From Cyanobacteria bacterium P01_D01_bin.156 (GTDB lineage: Bacteria > Cyanobacteriota > Cyanobacteriia > Phormidesmidales > Phormidesmidaceae): a stretch of DNA of 64,000 bases. Location: contig JBCCQQ010000005.1 of NCBI GenBank assembly GCA_039024555.1, positions 32,001 through 96,000 on the forward strand, read 5' to 3'. The position numbers and the translations under genes are program-made. Positions 9,964 through 20,380 of this stretch are shown here, one piece after another (the stretch's first letter is position 1; each line of letters starts with the position of its first letter). The notes below the pieces were generated by a model. It had not been told where the DNA came from and did no database searches. It was given only the letters and a program-made list of their open reading frames with translations.

Positions 9964-10000
9964 ATGTTGTTGCATTGCCCCCCATTACCGCCACACAGCC

Positions 10001-10837
10001 GTGACCTCTGTATCTAATAGTGAGACGTCATCCCCAGTAACCCAAAAACGAACGTCAATCTTCTGGCGATTAGCAGAGGATATTCCCCCTGGTCTGGACA
10101 CCGTACTGCGTCTAATTTCAGTCATTGTGCCCCTTGGCCTCTGGTGGTTAATTGCCAGTTTGGGGGTAGTTAATGCTAAGTTTCTGCCGTCTCCTGTAGA
10201 AGTTATCCAGTCTCTGTGGGTTTTCTGGGAGAAGGGCCTACTGGTGGAAGATACTTTAGCCAGCATTTTTCGAGTTACCACCGGGTTTTTGTTGGCAGCA
10301 ATTCTTTCCATACCTGTGGGTATCGCCATGGGGGCATTTGCCAGCATCCGGGCTCTGTTAGAACCGATTATGGGCATTGTGCGCTACATGCCTGCAACGG
10401 CATTTATCCCACTGTTGATTATCTATTTGGGTTTGGATGAGCCTCCTAAAATAGCTCTGATTTTTATTGGGGTAATTTTCTTCAACACCCTAATGATTAT
10501 GGATGCCGTTAAATTTGTTCCGAAAGACTTGTTGGAAACGACCTATACCTTAGGGGGCTCGAAGCGACAAACCCTATTTCGGGTAATTACCCCCTATGTG
10601 GTTCCCAATATTCTAGATACATTTCGGATTAATATGGCTGCCGCTTGGAACCTAGTCGTGGTAGCAGAGCTTCTCGCAGCTAATGAGGGATTAGGGAAGA
10701 GAATTCAACTGTCCCAAAAGTTTTTTAGGACAGACGATATCTTTGCCTATCTAATTATCCTGGGAATTATTGGATTTATCATTGATCTCTCACTGAGATT
10801 GATTTTACGGCGTACCTGTAAATGGGCGTTTGATTAG
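10001..10837 (+). CDS. ABC transporter permease (NitT/TauT family)
   Basis: Multiple TM helices, LPSP, RYMPATAFIPL, WNLVVVAELL. Confidence 0.92.
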   Translation: MTSVSNSETSSPVTQKRTSIFWRLAEDIPPGLDTVLRLISVIVPLGLWWLIASLGVVNAKFLPSPVEVIQSLWVFWEKGLLVEDTLASIFRVTTGFLLAAILSIPVGIAMGAFASIRALLEPIMGIVRYMPATAFIPLLIIYLGLDEPPKIALIFIGVIFFNTLMIMDAVKFVPKDLLETTYTLGGSKRQTLFRVITPYVVPNILDTFRINMAAAWNLVVVAELLAANEGLGKRIQLSQKFFRTDDIFAYLIILGIIGFIIDLSLRLILRRTCKWAFD

Positions 10838-10893
10838 AGATTTTCTACTGTTACAGGGTATGGGCAACAACAATCCAGACGTCTGAAATCATC

Positions 10894-11661
10894 ATGCATT
10901 TAGAAGTGTCTCAACTGCACAAGCAATTTATGACCGATCAGGGACCGCTTACGGCCCTGGAAAATATAAATTTGCATGTGGAAACAGGAGAATTGATTTG
11001 TGCAGTGGGAGCATCCGGTTCGGGAAAGTCTACGTTACTACGCCTAATTGCGGGGTTGGACTTTCCCACAGCAGGTGAAATTCGGGTAGATGGAGAATTG
11101 GTAACAGGTCCAGGGGCCGATCGGGGCATGGTGTTCCAGCGCTATACCCTCTACCCATGGATGTCGGTTCAAAAAAATGTGGAGTTTGGTCTTAAGCTGC
11201 GAGGTATTTCTAAGATAGAACGCCGAAAACAGGCGTCCTATTATTTGGATATGGTGGGGCTGGCTGACTTTGCTAGCTCGCTACCGAAACAGCTATCGGG
11301 AGGGATGAAACAGCGGGTTGCGATCGCACGAGCCCTAGCCAATCAACCCAAAATTCTGCTTCTTGACGAACCCTTTGGAGCTCTGGACGTACAAACCAAA
11401 GAAACCATGCAGCAGTTTTTGCTCGATCTATGGCAGCGAACAGGCGTCAGCATTTTAATGATCACCCATGATGTCGGTGAAGCCGTTTTTCTAGCCCAGC
11501 GCATCTATGTTATGACAGCTCGACCGGGCACCATTCAACAGGAAGTTCGGGTTAATTTACCCGTTCAGCGCGACTACACCATCAAACGCCAAACCCAATT
11601 TCGTACCTATCAAGATGACATCACCGATCTACTCAGGGACACAAACCCCATATCGCTGTAG
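10894..11661 (+). CDS. ABC transporter ATP-binding protein
   Basis: GASGSGKST, LSGGMKQR, LLLDEPFGALD. Confidence 0.95.
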   Translation: MHLEVSQLHKQFMTDQGPLTALENINLHVETGELICAVGASGSGKSTLLRLIAGLDFPTAGEIRVDGELVTGPGADRGMVFQRYTLYPWMSVQKNVEFGLKLRGISKIERRKQASYYLDMVGLADFASSLPKQLSGGMKQRVAIARALANQPKILLLDEPFGALDVQTKETMQQFLLDLWQRTGVSILMITHDVGEAVFLAQRIYVMTARPGTIQQEVRVNLPVQRDYTIKRQTQFRTYQDDITDLLRDTNPISL

Positions 11662-11924
11662 CCAGCCCATGAGTATCTTGCTGAAGAGCTCAAAGGCTCG
11701 TAACACAAACGCTGCGGTATTCTAACTTGGTCACACAGTTAATTCTGGGAAAAATGGTCTCAATGGCAGGTTACCAGTACCAGTCTGTGATGCTCAGCTG
11801 AGACCCATAGCAAAACGGCCCAATGTATCAAGCGTAGCTTTTAGAATTTTTTCTAGGCCTTCTCAGCCAGGCTTCAGAAATAACCTGTAGTTTCGAGAAT
11901 GAAACCCATAAGGAGCAGTGAACG

Positions 11925-13352
11925 ATGGCAGTTGAGTACGATCTTGTTGTAATTGGGGGAGGTTCCGCCGGATTAGTCGCCGCCAGTGCCGGCGCTCAGC
12001 TCAATGCTCGAATTGCTCTAGTTGAAAAACATCTCCTCGGTGGAGACTGTCTGCACTATGGCTGTGTGCCCAGCAAGTCCCTCATCCATGCTGGTCAAGT
12101 AGCTCACCATGTACGCACAGGCTCCCAGTTTGGTATCTACACCTCCACACCCACAATCAAATTTGAAGAAGCCATCAACCACGTTCAAAACGTTATTGGT
12201 GTGATTCAAGAGCACGACTCGACCGAACGGTTTGAAGCATTAGGCGTAGATGTATTTTACGGCTCAGGCAAATTTACCGATGCGCGCACATTTGAGATTA
12301 ACGGAAAGCAGCTCAAAGGTCGCAATTTTTTAATTTCCACAGGTTCTCGTCCGGCAATTCCCCCTATTGAGGGCCTTAAAGAAGCTGGCTTTTTAACCAA
12401 TGAACAAGTTTTTTCCCTCAAAGAGCGTCCCGACTCTTTAGCCGTCATTGGAGCAGGTCCCATTGGTTGCGAGTTGGGGCAGTCCTTTGCTCGATTAGGA
12501 GCAGACGTAACCATTATTGCCAGCCGTAATCAAATTATGCCAAAGGAAGAATCCGAAGCGGCAGCCGTAGTGCAAAAGCAGCTGGAATCTGAAGGTATCC
12601 GAGTCCTTACCCAAAGCCGTGCCCAAAAAGTGGAGGTCATCGACGGCAAAAAGCACCTCTACGTGGGAGATCAAGTCGTGGTAGTCGATGAAATCTTGCT
12701 ATCCACCGGACGTATTCCAAATATAGAATCCCTGGGGCTTGATGCCGCAGGTGTTGACATTGGCAAAGCTGGGATTAAAGTCAATGAAAAACTCCAAACC
12801 AGCGTCAAGCATATCTATGGCGCAGGAGACGTCATTGGTGGCTATCAATTTACCCATGTAGCTGGTTATGAAGCCGCTGTAGTGATTCAAAATGCCCTTT
12901 TCTTACCCACCAAAAAAGCAGATTATCGCGTGATTCCCTGGGCCACCTTCACCGAACCAGAGTTAGCCCGCGTGGGGTTGACGGAAGATCAGGCACGAGA
13001 GCGCTATGGCGATGATATCGCCGTACTAAAGCACGACTTTAAAGATGTTGATCGGGCCTTAGCAGAAGCTGCGGGTTATGGATTTGCTAAGTTTATTACC
13101 CGTAAAAATGGAGAAATTCTAGGAGCTCATATTGTGGGTCCCCATGCTGGAGAACTCATTCATGAAGTTGTCCTAGCCATGAGCTACAAGATGAAGATTG
13201 GCGCTATTAAGAGCATCATCCACGTTTACCCCACACTATCAGAAGTAAATGCTAAGGCCGCTCTTCAGCTGACTAAACAGAGCTACGCTAAAAATGATCG
13301 ACTACAAAATATACTTCGCCGTTTCTTTAATTGGCGGCGTTCCTTAGTGTGA
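11925..13352 (+). CDS. Pyridine nucleotide-disulfide oxidoreductase (MerA-like/dihydrolipoamide dehydrogenase family)
   Basis: GGGSAG FAD motif, GGDCLHYGCVPSK redox disulfide, IHVYPTLSE; no C-terminal Cys-Cys pair. Confidence 0.88.
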   Translation: MAVEYDLVVIGGGSAGLVAASAGAQLNARIALVEKHLLGGDCLHYGCVPSKSLIHAGQVAHHVRTGSQFGIYTSTPTIKFEEAINHVQNVIGVIQEHDSTERFEALGVDVFYGSGKFTDARTFEINGKQLKGRNFLISTGSRPAIPPIEGLKEAGFLTNEQVFSLKERPDSLAVIGAGPIGCELGQSFARLGADVTIIASRNQIMPKEESEAAAVVQKQLESEGIRVLTQSRAQKVEVIDGKKHLYVGDQVVVVDEILLSTGRIPNIESLGLDAAGVDIGKAGIKVNEKLQTSVKHIYGAGDVIGGYQFTHVAGYEAAVVIQNALFLPTKKADYRVIPWATFTEPELARVGLTEDQARERYGDDIAVLKHDFKDVDRALAEAAGYGFAKFITRKNGEILGAHIVGPHAGELIHEVVLAMSYKMKIGAIKSIIHVYPTLSEVNAKAALQLTKQSYAKNDRLQNILRRFFNWRRSLV

Positions 13353-13612
13353 ATAGTTAGCATAGATACAACACATTTGCTGCTGCTGATGTGTTGTATG
13401 AAACGATCTGTACAACCAGCCAGAGTTATGAATTTGGCAGATAAAATTATCCCCAGGATCAGCAATGCTACACATTTTATTGGCTAGGCATGGGTAGCAT
13501 TGGCTCCTGTTGTCAGTGTGATCGCTGTCATGTGCGATGCAAATCAGTTGGGGTAGCATACGCAATATAGTTCCCTAGCAGCGCATCTACTGATTTTTAG
13601 GAGATTCACTCC

Positions 13613-13804
13613 ATGCCTTTTTTACCTTTGTTTGTCGTCATCGGTATCTTTTTAGCAGCGAGTAAAATTCTACAGCCCAAACAACAGCAGGCCGAGTCAA
13701 CGGTAAAAGAATACGACGAGCGTATGTTGAACCAGGCTCTAATTGACTACATTGCTCGCGAAGCTCGCCATCAGCCTAAGAGTAGCAAAGCCTCTAAAGT
13801 GTGA
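13613..13804 (+). CDS. Small single-TM hypothetical protein
   Basis: AGGAG SD before ATG, N-terminal TM helix, hairpin downstream at about 13848-13887. Confidence 0.55.
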   Translation: MPFLPLFVVIGIFLAASKILQPKQQQAESTVKEYDERMLNQALIDYIAREARHQPKSSKASKV

Positions 13805-14439
13805 GGCGCTATTTTTAGAGATTAACTGATATGCGTTTACAATCTGTGATGGCGCTATCCTAGTCTTTCTTCTAGGGCAGCGTCATCGTTCGGAAACAGC
13901 ATATCCCCTCACCTAGTATTCAGGCCCAATACAGCTTTATTCAGAACATAGGTGATTCCTAAACCTAGAGGATCATCAGCTTAGGTATTATGCTCAGGCA
14001 ACTACAATACCTTGGCGAAAATCTCATGCCTGCATAAGTATAACTACGGTTTTAGCCTTGCTCTAGAATGCTTTAGAAAGATAGAGGAATGTAGGTTTAA
14101 GAGTTCTAGCACTCTATAGCCCCTAGTCAGGCACAGATAACAACATTGTTGAAGTTTATCTTTAGTATCTCAAAACAGTTAGGAAATAAACGGTACCACC
14201 GATTTCCGGTATGGTCTCATCTGTTTTATCTAACTCTCTGATACATCAATAACTTTCATATCCTTTAAACCAACAACAGCATAGTCTTCTGCAGGAACCT
14301 TCCTAGCTCAGATAACCTGCATAAGGCTAACAATAGCAGCCGCTAGCTTTGGGTCTGAGATAACCTAAAAGACCAGCAATCCCTGACCACTCCTTAAACT
14401 ATTAGACCGCAGCATACCAATTCAATTCAAACAGTTCAT

Positions 14440-15168
14440 ATGGCATTCACTAATATTGCATTCAAATTAAGCTCTTTCTATTCCTATTCCCAATGGAGAC
14501 GCTATGGGATTTTAGGGATGGCTGTTGTATTGGGAGCACTTTCATTTCCTGTGGCTACTTTTGGTGCAGATGAAGACCAAGTGCGCCAAGGATTACCAGG
14601 ACGGCGAATTAGTGGAGCTTCACGACTACCCTCTAATGCCTGTATTCAAACAACAGAACCTTTAGTTGCTATTGTTCCTGAAACTAACTTAGGTAAAACT
14701 GCAGTAGCAGAACCAACACTTTGGTTGAGTGTCCCCGAGGTGAACACGGAAAAGCAATTAGAGTTCTATTTGTTTAATGCTCACAATCAGATTATTTATC
14801 AGACGAGCCTGATCGTAAAACCAACCTCAGATTTAGTCGGTTTAGATCTGAGTACTATGGTCAACGCACCTGAGTTAGAAATTGATCAGCGCTATCGTTG
14901 GGCAGCTTCAATCGTATGCAATCCCAATAACATTTCAGAAAATATTTCTGTAGAGGGATGGGTTGATCGAGTTGCCCCATCAACCCCAGAAAATCATGGA
15001 CTTTGGTACGACGACCTGGGGCTATTGGTGGAGCAGTTACAACACCAACCGCACAATCAAGATGTACTAAGCCAGTGGCAGAGACTCATGGCTTCAGCTA
15101 GATTAGACAGAATTGTTCCCACAGAAGTAGATGCTAATTCTGTAAGCATTAGCACTGCAGGTAATTAG
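14440..15168 (+). CDS. DUF928 domain-containing protein
   Basis: PGRRISGASR, LVAIVP..PTLWL, YRWAASIVC, VEGWVDRV, GLWYD. Confidence 0.85.
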   Translation: MAFTNIAFKLSSFYSYSQWRRYGILGMAVVLGALSFPVATFGADEDQVRQGLPGRRISGASRLPSNACIQTTEPLVAIVPETNLGKTAVAEPTLWLSVPEVNTEKQLEFYLFNAHNQIIYQTSLIVKPTSDLVGLDLSTMVNAPELEIDQRYRWAASIVCNPNNISENISVEGWVDRVAPSTPENHGLWYDDLGLLVEQLQHQPHNQDVLSQWQRLMASARLDRIVPTEVDANSVSISTAGN

Positions 15169-15268
15169 TCTCACTAGCCGTATTTTGCCAAGTAAAGGTT
15201 AGAGCCCGGTGCATGGGGCCTTGGAAACAACTGAAAAGTCCTTGTCCAACCGAAATGTTTTGTTATGG

Positions 15269-15655
15269 TTACCGCTGATAGGCAGCCTTTCGTTGACTTA
15301 GTTTCCACAGTCGAAAAATCAGCCGTTCACACTCACGGTCAAGGTTTGCCATAAAAATACCGGCTTCAGGATTGGTATTTGTTCCAATCCAATGCCCTTT
15401 AAAAGTGACTTCAACACAGTCTTCATCTACCTTATCGATGGTGATTTCACTTGAGATATAGCTTCTCAGGGTATCTTCTAACCGTTTCACACCTGGCAAA
15501 GCAACATTTAATAGCAAAGACGCTTGCCCTCGCTCTAGACTTAAGCGCCCACCAGTACGAACAGCCAGCTTTGCTCGATCAGCGATCGCGATATCTGAGG
15601 GGGTATCAACCCATTCCAGCCACAAATCAAAACTAGTGCAATCTAACTTCAACAT
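15269..15655 (-). CDS. Conserved cyanobacterial protein (alr0857-like family)
   Basis: MLKL..., RAKLAVR.G, ASLLL, VEVTFKGHWI, EAGIF pattern recalled for this family. Confidence 0.6.
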   Translation of the reverse strand: MLKLDCTSFDLWLEWVDTPSDIAIADRAKLAVRTGGRLSLERGQASLLLNVALPGVKRLEDTLRSYISSEITIDKVDEDCVEVTFKGHWIGTNTNPEAGIFMANLDRECERLIFRLWKLSQRKAAYQR

Positions 15656-16204
15656 TGCGGATAGCCTCCAGATACCTTCGCAGCAAAGGTGCCGTTGGCA
15701 ATGTAGGTATCTTTGCAGGAATGACAGTAAATAAACGTGGTAACTTGCTCTAGCAGCTTGGCTTGGCCAGTGAAAAATGCAACGATTAATTGCTTCAGAC
15801 TAATGCGCACCATGGCAAATAGTTATCAGACAGAATAACGACAGATCATGGGTTGGTTGATAATTTGGTATACGGTCGAGTTTTAGCGTTTAAGCTCTTT
15901 GCAGCCCATAAAGCCATCAAAATTGACCCGCTATCATCTCCATAAAGCGAGGGCAGTAAAAACTTAGAGGATAAAGGTGAGGGGATCAGCGACTGATGTT
16001 AAGCGCGATTTTCTAGGCTATGGTCTTATTTCATGAGATTTTCAGTGTTTTCTAGGTCAGATACTGTAGACCTACAAGTGAACTTTTTAGGCTGCTCACA
16101 ATTAGAAACACATGGCATTGCGATGATTCCAGACTAACCATCAAGCTTTGTTGATTAGTTGTGGTTAACAGTTTTCAACTTCTGAGAAAATCCGTGCATC
16201 TGAT

Positions 16205-16876
16205 TTAAGAATATGTCTGCTGCCGTTCACTCAAGTAAAAATGCCACAGTAGTCTGGCAGCGACCGCTCGCCAAGGGTGCCATTGTGCACTCATGATGGC
16301 TGCCTCTTCAGCGGTGGGACGTTTGGGTAAAGCTTTAACCGTTTGAATGGCTACTTGGAGCGCGAGATCTCCCTTTGGCCAAACATCAGGTCGCCTTAAA
16401 GCCATGAGTAGATAGGTATTGGCCGTCCACACGCCAATCCCCTTAATCCCCATTAAATGGTCTCGCACTGCTCCATCATTTAGGGTTTCTAATTGCCCCA
16501 AAGCCAACGTATTATCTAGTATTGATTGCGCTATAGCCCTACCATAGCCTGTTTTTTGACGACTAAATCCGATTTGTTTGAGGTCTGAGTCAGTTAATTG
16601 TAAAAAGTTTTGGGCCGTTAATGGACTGCAGCGCTTTAGTAGACGGTTATAGGCAGCCTGGGCAGACGCTAGGGAAACTTGCTGTTCGAGAATAATGTGG
16701 AGCAGTGTGGGGAATCCAGGTTCTCGTTGCCAAAATGGAGGCAGGCTGTAACGACTGACGATGGTTGCAAACATGCGATCGCGACTAATCAATTCCTCCA
16801 CAGCTTGTGCCATCATGGCAGGCGTTAATAAATCTGGCATGGTTAACCCCAAAGCGACCAGCAACAATAAAGCCAA
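16205..16876 (-). CDS. DNA-3-methyladenine glycosylase II (AlkA/HhH-GPD family)
   Basis: ILEQQVSLASA, IKGIGVWTA HhH motif, DVWPKGDL, WHPWRAVA; true start may be the internal ATG (MPDLL). Confidence 0.9.
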   Translation of the reverse strand: MALLLLVALGLTMPDLLTPAMMAQAVEELISRDRMFATIVSRYSLPPFWQREPGFPTLLHIILEQQVSLASAQAAYNRLLKRCSPLTAQNFLQLTDSDLKQIGFSRQKTGYGRAIAQSILDNTLALGQLETLNDGAVRDHLMGIKGIGVWTANTYLLMALRRPDVWPKGDLALQVAIQTVKALPKRPTAEEAAIMSAQWHPWRAVAARLLWHFYLSERQQTYS

Positions 16877-16976
16877 CCGCTTCAGGAACGATTACTCTAC
16901 CGTGATAATTATCAGTGTCAGCCGGTTTCTCAGACTAGGATTAAACCGGTGAAGATTGGTCGCTTTGGATAATCCA

Positions 16977-18104
16977 TCAGTTGGAATACACATCATAATC
17001 AATCGCTCTGGCCGTTCTCACCGGAGGCTCAGGCTCATTTTGAATCGAAGTAATGGCTGTGTACCCCAATGGCAGAGATGCCAAAACACACATCACACCT
17101 GTACCCACTAGGGATAAACGCCTCACCGCTTTAGATGCCCGCAACGCATCCGGATATTGCCCTGTACGATAAAACCGTCTTACCTGACTAGCATAGAGTA
17201 ATGCTGTTACGCCCATCGGTGGAAATGTCACCAGCGCCGCTAATGCCGTTGGCCAATGGCACGGTGGGCAAGGCTGTCCCTTATACAGGTCGTAACCTTT
17301 TTCCCACTCGGGACCACGCACATTTCCGACGTAGCCTATCAACTTAAACTTAGTAAATTCTGAAAGTTCTAACGGCAACAACAGATCACGAATCTGGTCT
17401 GGCAAGCTAAAGTAGCTAATCCCTTCTCCAACCTGTCGTCTTATGGAAATTTCTAACGTCTGTCCCTGTTGTTTTACAGTCACTTCAAACGGCTGAAGAG
17501 ATTGTTGTAAGACATTTTTAACGGGGGCCAAGCCATCTGGCTGAGCTACGGTAGGCACGGCTAGGGCAAGGGAGGCATCATTGAGAGTTGCCAGATGCCA
17601 ATCCGCTTTAGCTCCTGCTAAATCGTTTAAGCTCTGCCGCACATATCCCCGCTGCAAGTAAGCATCGGCTCGATTGGGGTTAATGTCCAAAACCCGATTA
17701 AAATTGACCAGAGCTGCTGCATTGTCGCCCGTCTGTTTATGTAGTAAACCCAGCTGATAATGAGCATCCGTATAGTTTGGATTAGTTTCAATCGCCTGCT
17801 GCCACTGATTAAAAGCATTGGTCAGGTCACCCTGTTTGTAAGAGAGTTGACCTAACTGAAAACAAGCCACCGCTGGTTGCTTGGAACTTGCTGCTGTAAA
17901 GTCATGGTGAGCTTGGTCTAGCTGTTCTAACGCGCTATAGCTAAGACCACGGGAGATATAAACATCAGCTACATTTGGATGGCTATCCAGGGACTGGGTG
18001 AACAGTGCGATCGCAGGTTGGTGATTGCCTTGACGTGCTAGATTACATCCACGCCTGTAGACCAAACGAGCCTTTTGTTGTTCATACCAATTATGTTTAT
18101 CCAT
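16977..18104 (-). CDS. TPR-repeat protein with C-terminal CD225/dispanin-like membrane domain
   Basis: Several TPR units (AHYQLG, AYLQRG); FPPMGVTALLYASQV..GQYPDALRASKAV plus TM helix. Confidence 0.75.
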   Translation of the reverse strand: MDKHNWYEQQKARLVYRRGCNLARQGNHQPAIALFTQSLDSHPNVADVYISRGLSYSALEQLDQAHHDFTAASSKQPAVACFQLGQLSYKQGDLTNAFNQWQQAIETNPNYTDAHYQLGLLHKQTGDNAAALVNFNRVLDINPNRADAYLQRGYVRQSLNDLAGAKADWHLATLNDASLALAVPTVAQPDGLAPVKNVLQQSLQPFEVTVKQQGQTLEISIRRQVGEGISYFSLPDQIRDLLLPLELSEFTKFKLIGYVGNVRGPEWEKGYDLYKGQPCPPCHWPTALAALVTFPPMGVTALLYASQVRRFYRTGQYPDALRASKAVRRLSLVGTGVMCVLASLPLGYTAITSIQNEPEPPVRTARAIDYDVYSN

Positions 18105-18509
18105 ATAAATAAATATTCCTGCTGGTTGTAATCACTCTAGAAATCCGCAACCTACCTTCAGGCTCAACAGAAATCAGCGCAACAACAGCACCTCAGGTCC
18201 CAGAGAATTAAATAAATTTAGTGTTTACCACTACCGGATGAATATCAGTAATCCACCACGACTACCCCATCCTTCACATCAATTGTGCTTATTTCCTCAA
18301 GGAATTTCCAACAAAAAAAATTCCTTACAAAAAATCTGCGATATCAAGGGCTTAGCTCATATTGCCTAAACAGGCTAAACCAATGGCCGTAGCCACCCTT
18401 AGTCAATTTTGAATGCTGTGAAAGGACTATAAAGTCTAGCCTTCCCTATTCATCGTTAAATAAACCCTATGTGATGCCCACAACAGTCCATAGTCATCTC
18501 TAAATGAGC

Positions 18510-18553
18510 TGTGATAGCGTCAGTGAGAATACTGATACAGTGACGCTATCACA
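18510..18553. repeat. 13-bp perfect inverted repeat TGTGATAGCGTCA/TGACGCTATCACA just upstream of ATG 18560
   Basis: Read directly; 18-nt spacer. Confidence 0.85.
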
Positions 18554-18559
18554 CCAGCA

Positions 18560-19000
18560 ATGACGGCTATTGCACTAAGGACAGAGTTAGATGTGGCGGA
18601 ATTATTATTGGCAAAGGGCTGGTTACCTGAAGAAATCAATAGCATTCTTGAATTTCCTCTGCCCAAGGCTGCCTTTCATCATCTTCCTACTGCCCGTGCA
18701 ACCCATCAGCAACCAGCTGTTACAAAAGTTACCGCCACCCCTGTGCAATACGCCAGACAAATACTTCAGGCTGCCGGATGGCTGGAGCAAGAACTGGATT
18801 CTCTCTTAAAACCCTGTTTGCCCACCATCAATCCTTGGCTCAATCAGACAGTCCAAGCACAGTCGCCAACAGCCTGGCTAAAACTCGCTTCACCAGCAGT
18901 TTCTCTCCAACAGTATCGACGCACCATGGCGATCAAACGTCTCAGCAGCTTTAGCTGTGTAATTACTGGGATATGTCTGGCTGTGGCATTGGCCAGCTAG
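18560..19000 (+). CDS. Hypothetical tail-anchored protein with duplicated LxxxGWxxxE(I/L)xSxL motif
   Basis: Internal repeat; C-terminal hydrophobic helix. Confidence 0.65.
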   Translation: MTAIALRTELDVAELLLAKGWLPEEINSILEFPLPKAAFHHLPTARATHQQPAVTKVTATPVQYARQILQAAGWLEQELDSLLKPCLPTINPWLNQTVQAQSPTAWLKLASPAVSLQQYRRTMAIKRLSSFSCVITGICLAVALAS

Positions 19001-19032
19001 CGATGCCAGCCGACCTGTAACTTGTCAAACTA

Positions 19033-19977
19033 TCAACTCAAAAATCTATCTGTAGCCTCCACCAAAGCACTTAAAATGCCAGGCTCAGTGGCAGAATGAC
19101 CAGCGTTGGGCACAACAATTAGTTCTGCCTCAGGCCAGGCTCGGTGTAGTTCCCATGCCGATTGCATAGGGCACACCACGTCATAGCGCCCTTGTACAAT
19201 CACTGCTGGAATATGGCGGATGGCAGAAACATTTTGCAATAGCTGATCGGCAGACTTAAAAAAGCCTCCATTCACAAAGTAGTGGCATTCAATTCGAGCG
19301 AAGGCATCGGCAAACGTATCATTGCTAAAGCGCTCGATAGTCTCCTGGTTTTGTATCAAATAGCTGGTACTGGCTTCCCAAATGGCCCAAGCTCGAGCAG
19401 CCTGCTGCCGTACCTGGGCATCAGGACTGGTAAGTCGTTGGTAATAGGCGGCTACCAAGTCGTGGCGTTCGTTCTCAGGAATGGGTTCTAAATAGTGCTC
19501 CCAGGCATCAGGAAAAATATAGCTGGCTCCTTCCTGGTAAAACCAACGAATCTCCTTAGGACGCAGCATAAAAATGCCCCGCAAAATCAGACCGGCACAG
19601 TACTGAGGGTAAGTTTGAGCATAAGCCAACGCCAAGGTGCTGCCCCAGCTACCACCAAATACGGTCCATTGCTCAATGTTTAAGTGGACCCGCAACCGTT
19701 CAATATCATCCACCAGATCCCAGGTGGTGTTTTCAAGGAGTTCAGCATGGGGCGTGCTTTGGCCACAGCCCCGCTGATCAAATAAAACAACACGCCAGCG
19801 GTCAGGATTAAAAAACTGTCGATAAAATGGAGTCGTCCCTCCACCAGGCCCACCGTGGAGAAATACTACCGGTTGCCCTTGGGGATTGCCCACCTCTTCA
19901 AAATGCAGCGTATGACGGTCAGAAACCGATAAGTTTCCTTGGTGGTAAGGCTCAATGGGCGGATAGGGCTGACGCAT
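19033..19977 (-). CDS. pip: Proline iminopeptidase
   Basis: LHGGPGGG, DQRGCGQS, FGGSWGSTL, GRYDVVCP, AGHS; start at MRQPYPPIE. Confidence 0.96.
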   Translation of the reverse strand: MRQPYPPIEPYHQGNLSVSDRHTLHFEEVGNPQGQPVVFLHGGPGGGTTPFYRQFFNPDRWRVVLFDQRGCGQSTPHAELLENTTWDLVDDIERLRVHLNIEQWTVFGGSWGSTLALAYAQTYPQYCAGLILRGIFMLRPKEIRWFYQEGASYIFPDAWEHYLEPIPENERHDLVAAYYQRLTSPDAQVRQQAARAWAIWEASTSYLIQNQETIERFSNDTFADAFARIECHYFVNGGFFKSADQLLQNVSAIRHIPAVIVQGRYDVVCPMQSAWELHRAWPEAELIVVPNAGHSATEPGILSALVEATDRFLS

Positions 19978-20176
19978 AGTGAGCGTGAAAAATAGCCATG
20001 CTATTGTCGCACCCAAACTCCAAATACTCCAGACATCCAACTAGAGTAAATTATGCCGTTACTGATTTAGGGGATGAAACGATCTGTAGCCCCTAACCGT
20101 TGCCTGGATTTGACACATAAAATCATCCCAAGGATCAGCAAAGCCCAAATTATCTAGGCAGCATTGACCTAAAAAT

Positions 20177-20380
20177 TTAGCTAGCAGATGAATACACTAA
20201 GCCATTGGGTTGGATCGCCACGGGCTTTGGCATGACCACATACCACCGACCCGTTTTGGGATCGCGGTACGCGTCAAATGGTTGTTGCTTCAATGGCTTA
20301 GTACAGACTTTCGGCACTGAATTAGCGATTTTCACGACTCTTTGTGAAGGATTATGGATAAAACGCTCAGCTGAATACAT
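20177..20380 (-). CDS. Small hypothetical protein with PFxxYRDPxTGRW motif
   Basis: 67-aa ORF; motif resembles small cyanobacterial hypothetical proteins (recollection, not searched). Confidence 0.5.
   Translation of the reverse strand: MYSAERFIHNPSQRVVKIANSVPKVCTKPLKQQPFDAYRDPKTGRWYVVMPKPVAIQPNGLVYSSAS

Noticed and set aside
11925..13352. Mercuric reductase / mer operon
   Set aside because: No C-terminal Cys-Cys pair, no N-terminal metal-binding domain and no merR/merT neighbours
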